Assembly: GCF_009914755.1 (NCBI RefSeq)
Contig: NC_060937.1
DNA length: 64,000 bases
Strand: one strand, 5' to 3'
Source: the human T2T-CHM13v2.0 reference genome, Homo sapiens
Part shown: piece after piece, positions 58,201 to 64,000 of the stretch
Position numbering within the stretch: the first letter of the stretch is position 1
How the letters are laid out: each line of letters begins with the position of its first letter
Notes under the pieces: model-generated
Seen by the model: the letters and a program-made list of their open reading frames with translations, nothing else
Databases searched by the model: none
What the model was told of the DNA's origin: nothing
Position numbers and translations under genes: made by a program

Positions 58201-58628
58201 TTGCGGCACTATTCACAATAGCAAAGACTTGGAACCAACCCAAAGAAAATGTGGCACATATACACCATGGAATACTATGCAGTCATAAAAAAGGATGAGT
58301 TCATGTCCTTTGTAGGGACATGGATGAAGCTGGAAACCATCATTCTGAGCAAACTACCGCAAGGACAGAAAACCAAACACCGCATGTTCTCACTCACAGG
58401 TGGAAATTGAACAATGAGAGCACTGGGACACAGGGTGGGGATCATCACACACTGGGGCCTGTCATGGGGTGTGGGGAGGGGGGAGGATAGCATTAGGAGA
58501 TATACCTAATGTAAAGGACGAGTTAACAGGTGCAGCACACCAACATGGCACATGTATACGTATGTAACAAACCTGCACGTTGTGCACATGTACCCTAGAA
58601 CTTAAAGTATAAAAAAAAAAGAGGTAAA
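58039..58628 (+). mobile_element. L1PA5-like 5'-truncated LINE-1 with complex inverted 5' junction
   Basis: Sense L1 3' end at 58201-58610 plus A tail. Antisense L1 piece at ~58036-58059. TSD aaaaatcagta(a/g)cc at 58025-58038 / 58629-58642. Confidence 0.95.
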
Positions 58629-59385
58629 AAAAATCAGTAGCCAAATAATAGTAATAATAATAATAAACCTATGCAGTGGAAATAAGCACAATAGAATCCT
58701 AAATGCTGATTTGCTCAAATAGTCATAGCTCTCTGCATATGCCAAGTGGCAGAGCAAATGCAAAGAGAACCCAAGAGAGAGCCACGGAACATACGGCCGT
58801 TAACATCCCACCTAAGCAGGTAGGAATCAGGTTCACAGGAAATAAAAGCTAGTTTTAAAAAAAAAAGAAGCATGCAAAATAAGGATGATAAAGCAGCAAA
58901 CATGATAGTCATAAATTCCCAGAATTGAGTTGAATGTGCAGAAAATTTAATAAGCACAGCCATTATCAAAAGTGCTGAGAGTAAGCAGAGAGGCAGCTTG
59001 GTAGGCTCAGGTGTAGGGATCCTTGAGGGCAGGTGGGGTGGGGAGAGTTCTGCCAGTTCACAGAAGCAGACAGAGGCTGCGCTGAGAACAATGATCTTTA
59101 AATAGATACAAAGGACCTACTTAGAGAACACTGCAAAGACCCAAGTTTAAAAAGGAGCTAATAGGAAAAGCTCAAATAGCAGGAATGAAAATCCCGAAAT
59201 TATAGATAAAAACCCAGATTTAGGGTAAAAACGTCAACAGATGTAAACACAGGCTCTTGATGTATGAAACAACTGCAAAAGGAAAGGAGGGAAGAAAGAA
59301 GCAAAGAGAGGCAGAGAAGGAATGATCCCAAAAGGTAATGGTTCCAACTGTCTCTCATTAAGAAAACCATAAACCTGAAGATGAG

Positions 59386-59746
59386 TGTATTAATTCATTC
59401 TCACACTGCTAATAAAGACATACTCAAGATTGGGTAATTTATACAGAAAAAGAGGTTGAATAGACTCACATTCCCCGTGGCTGGGGAGACCTCACAATCA
59501 TGGTGGAAGGCAAAGGAGGAGAAAAGGCACGTCTTACATGGGGGCAGGCAAGAGAGCATGTGCAGAGGAATTGCTCTTACAAAACCATCAGATCTCATGA
59601 GACATATTCACTATCACGGGAACAACATGGGAAAACCCACCCCCTTGATTCGATTACCTCCCACCGGGTCTCTCCCATGACATGTGGGGATTATGGGAAC
59701 TAAGTTCGGTATGAGATTTGGGTGGGGACATGGCCAAAACATATCA
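59386..59746 (-). mobile_element. THE1 (THE1B/C-like) solo LTR
   Basis: TGTATTA...GAGATTTGGGTGGGGACA...CATATCA. Perfect 5-bp TSD atgag (59381-59385 / 59747-59751). Confidence 0.96.
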
Positions 59747-60044
59747 ATGAGTTTCTACGAGAAGCAGCAGAGTAGATCAACAAGTTTACTAAAAATGGAG
59801 TTAGAGTAAGATGAATCTTGGCCCTGTCACAAACATTGCAACTTTAAGAAAACTATAGATCCACTGAGAAAGCTTTATTTTGTCATCAGTAAGTATTAAT
59901 AATCATACCTACTGCCTGTCTAGCTTCATGGGCCAATGTAAAAATCATATCAATGAACAGGAACACCATGTAAGAATTTGGTAATATTCCTTTTAGGTAT
60001 TTTGTTTAATGTAAGAATCATTTTAATTTATCCCCCTAAGGAGA

Positions 60045-60478
60045 TATCTATAGGTTTGCTAGGGTTGCTGTATCAAAGTGGCTTAAACAATGAAAATGAA
60101 TTGTCTCACAGTTCAGTTTTGGAGGCAGAGGTCTGAAATCAAAGCGTTGGCAGGGTTGGTTCCTTCTGAGCATAGTGATGCAGAATCTGTGCCTCTCCTC
60201 TAGCTTCTGGTGGCTGTCCACAATCTTAGCGTTACTTCCCTTGTAGATTTCTGCTTTCAACATCACATTTTCTCTTTGAGCATGTCTGTGTCCAATTTTC
60301 CACCTTTTCTAAGGACACCAATTATGTTGAATTAGGGGCCCACCCTATTCCAGCACCCCTTCATCCTAACTAACTACCTCTGCAAATATTCGAATTCCCA
60401 ATAAAGTTGTGTTCTAGATGCTGTGAGTTACAATTTCAACATACAAATTTGAGGGGGGCCATAATTCAACTCACTACA
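60045..60478 (-). mobile_element. MLT1 (MLT1B/C-like) MaLR solo LTR
   Basis: 'tttgctagggttgctgta...tggcttaaacaa...gtctcacagttc...ttggcagggttggttccttctgag...aaggacacca...ttaggggcccacccta...ataattcaac'. Confidence 0.85.
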
Positions 60479-60544
60479 AGTGGTATATATTACAGTTGCC
60501 AGATTGAATATAACACAGGTAAATTTGAAATTCAGAGAAGTAAG

Positions 60545-60800
60545 TGTATGTGTGTGTGTGTTTATATATAAATATATATTTTCATATAATTTCATGTATA
60601 TTAAAAGTATATATGATGTATATATGATGTGTATATACATATATAAAATTATATATGATGATATATGTATTTATATATGTATATAAGCATATACTTCATA
60701 TTAATTATTCTGAATTATTTGGCCAATGATGAAAGACATAGTAATCTGCATTGAATACATATATATAATATATAAAAGTATATATACTTTCTATATATAT
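60545..60800. repeat. (TG)n/(TA)n-rich low complexity
   Basis: Degenerate TATA/TATG repeats. Confidence 0.8.
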
Positions 60801-63800
60801 CCCACGTAAATATTTCTATTTGCTAAATCTTGAAATTTTAATATGTGTACATCATTACTTATCATTTTCAATGTCATGATTTTTAGTGAACACTGAACCA
60901 GACAACTGAAGTTAGGTAATTCCTTTTAGACTAGAAACTCTGAAATGAGGTCACTGCATCACTTTTGCTGGCTGGTGTGTCCACAGCACATGGCAAGGTA
61001 CTTAGCCCACAGTAAGTACTTAACTACTAAAGTAACCTAATTTGTTAAAGAATAATTATCATTACTAAATAGTATTATTTAGTAACTGTTATTACTGTGT
61101 TTCAAAATTGCAGTATATTAGTTAAAATATATGAATAAAATTAGTATGTGTTATGTACCTAATTATTATATGAATATATAGGAATTATATGAATTTAGAC
61201 TCAGCCTAAAGATAATATTTTGCAATTTATGAATTAATAGTTATATAGTATTAATGGGGGTATAAACCCTGTTAACAACTTATGCATTGGGTGAAATTTT
61301 TTGAGTATTGGTTTTGACGGTCGTGAGAATTATTACAAAATTTAAGTCCACAATGGAGGTCACTTTGCCTTTCATCAGGCCAAATAATTAAAAAGATTGA
61401 TACGTTTCTATTTCATAAAGATCTACATTTGTCAAGCAACTACTTCTAAAATATATGCAATTCATAGGAGGAAAAATTATTCATTTTCTCCTTTAAATAA
61501 AATTCAGCTCGGTAGGAAGGTAAGCCTATAATGCAAAAGGACAGAGATCAAAATTATTTAAGAAAGAGAGGATACAAACCATCTATGACCCGCTGTTATA
61601 TTCCGAAATGCCTAATATAAGTTCTCTAACTAAATGGAACATTTAGAATAATATTCAGAATTGAAAGATGATGTAAGATTCACCTGCTGATCCCTCCAAA
61701 ACTTTGATCATTTTCTTGTGCAAGCAACACCCTCCATGCCTCCCACAGTCAGGTGTGTCTCATTTGACACTGGCATTATTTCTTAATCTCCGTGTACTTT
61801 TTAATCTTTATCGCCAACCAAATTGTAACCTTCTGGATGACAATTATAAAGTTGATACTTACTTTGTCTTTTCAATGCTGCTGTCAGGTATTAGGTACTA
61901 AATTTAAAAAAAAAAATAACAAATTGAATGTGAATAAATCCATTAAAGGAAGCAGTAATACACGTATACTGATTCTATATATTGACAACGTAACGGTTAT
62001 AGCAAATATCATTTCTCTGCTGATTGGCCATCATGATATTTTAAAGCATTTTAGAGGCATGCATGTTCATGAAATGACCCCACTGCCTAAAGAGAGCTCG
62101 GTAGCAGTAGCCTAGTCTCTGGCCGATGACAAGGTAACAGTACACATAGACTGTTAGGAAACTCTACTTATAAGTAAATGCTGGGTGTCTCAAGCCTCTC
62201 TGGCCCACTGCTCTTCTCCATATAATGGGTGTAGCAGATCTCTAGTAAAGGAAGGGTAGATGCTGGCTTGGCTGGAGTCACGACTATAGAAACCTCTGAT
62301 GTCTCATATAAGCAAGAGCGATTAGTCTGGTGTTGCTATCTTGGAGATGAGCCAACATTGACACTGGAAAATAACCCAGCCTAGACCAGAATTAACTGGG
62401 GAAATGAAAGTAGTATATCAAGGATGGGAAGGATAAGAAGGAATGAGAAACGAGGGAGTGGCCAGCAGAGCATGAGTAGGTTTGACTTCAGGTTTTCTCT
62501 CCATTTATCAGTGCAGGCAAACAGCATTTATTTATAGCAATTAGAACCAAGGGGAAGACCAATTTAAGGAAAGAATTCAGGGTCAAACAAGCACAGAGGT
62601 TGCTTTCTTGTGTGTATGTTTTCTCCTAAATGAATTATGGTCATTAGTATAATAAAAGGGGAAAAAAGCAACACATACATGGTCTGCCCTAGTTATAGAT
62701 GCCTACATTTATATGTATGTACATATTTAAAAGAAAATATGTGCATTTATAGATACATCTATTTCAGTGTTGTGTTGAGTTTCGTCCTGTGTATTACATG
62801 TCAAGAAGTACATCCCAAAATACTTTTCATAGAAAACTATTTTCTAAGTATACAGAATTTGCTATTTGGTGTGACCTGAGTATCATCAGTCATCATCATC
62901 ATCATCGTCACCTTCATCGGTAATGCGTCATCATTAAACACTTATTGCCTACCTCCAAATATTCTGCAACAAAATGCTATATTGTGGGACAAAGTCACAC
63001 CTCACAACTTATACAGAAAATCAATTACTGCAAAGGAAACACATGTAGAAATTGGTACCCATTCATACTTTGTACAAAATTATTCACTTTCTGTGTGGTC
63101 ACAGTTTCAAGGCCAAGACTAATAACTGACCATTATTATCAGTACATAAAAAGACTCGGGGAATCACTGCAAGGATGCAGCTACAATTATTAAAACAACA
63201 AAGACAATGAAAGACCACTGTTTTAGACAGAAAGTTTCCACCTAGGAGGACTCAACACATTTTCATGGTCTTATATGCTGACCAACAGCAAGCAGGAAAG
63301 GGGAAAGAGGCTAAATAGTGATTTCAGTGTCATTTCACAGATTTTATTGCTTTTCTTAAGGATCATAATGTACTTGACATATTGTAATACTGGAAAGAAT
63401 TTTCATGCAGCTGTGAAACAGGTACAGCTTCACAGACCTTTTCATTTTTGGTGTTGCATCATCAGCAAAACATTATGAAAATTACTATCATATTTCTCCA
63501 TATTCTTTATTAAGCATTCATGACAAATTAAAAAATCATATAATGTTTCATTTGCCATTTTCCTGTAAGGTATATTAATATGACTTTACATATGAGAACA
63601 ATGAGGTACAGGATTACAGCTATTTAGGTTTTAAATCGGCAGAGGCAAAAAGAGTAGAATAGTCCTATTTTCTAAGCCCAGCAACTACAACACATTTCCA
63701 ATAGAAGAATCATTACATTTATAACTGGGTGGTGTGGTGTGCTTATTGTGCTCTGTTTTTTTTCTCTCTTTGAATGAACTAGTCATTCTGACAGGTCAAA

Positions 63801-64000
63801 GAGTTGATCATGTCTAGCAATGACCTCTTGATTTATAGCAGTGACCCGCTTAAAAATTTCTTGTTCATCATACTCACAGGTCACAGATTTTCTGCCAGAT
63901 GTCCATCCTGTGAGTAAATCATACAATTGCACAGATAAAAACATTAAGATGGTGTGAAAGCCACATTCACTTAAAGGGTGGGTGCGGATAAAACACTGAT

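Overview
This is AT-rich, CpG-depleted primate (human-like) genomic DNA, either intergenic or deep inside a large intron. The assignment rests on AluY/S/FRAM, L1PA, THE1, MER57, Tigger3b and HSMAR2 elements. I find no credible protein-coding gene, RNA gene, CpG island or CRISPR array. All long ORFs in the track come from transposons or low-complexity sequence. I did not find a new multi-gene system. The unusual signals are retrotransposition and DNA-repair scars. (1) A short L1PA5-like insertion whose 5' junction carries an inverted L1 piece plus a fold-back copy of the target site and flank, making a 143-bp-arm palindrome (57901-58200). (2) A 43-nt Alu fragment apparently copied from the neighbouring AluY into a triplicated site (15001-15113). 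(3) An in-frame ~417-bp deletion in the endonuclease of an L1PA3-like copy. (4) Two internally inverted Alus. (5) A tandem duplication with a serial-slippage junction. There is also a near full-length HSMAR2 mariner fossil and a speculative 9-nt microexon on the minus strand. Subfamily calls come from remembered consensus sequences, not from a RepeatMasker run. Boundaries of old elements are approximate.
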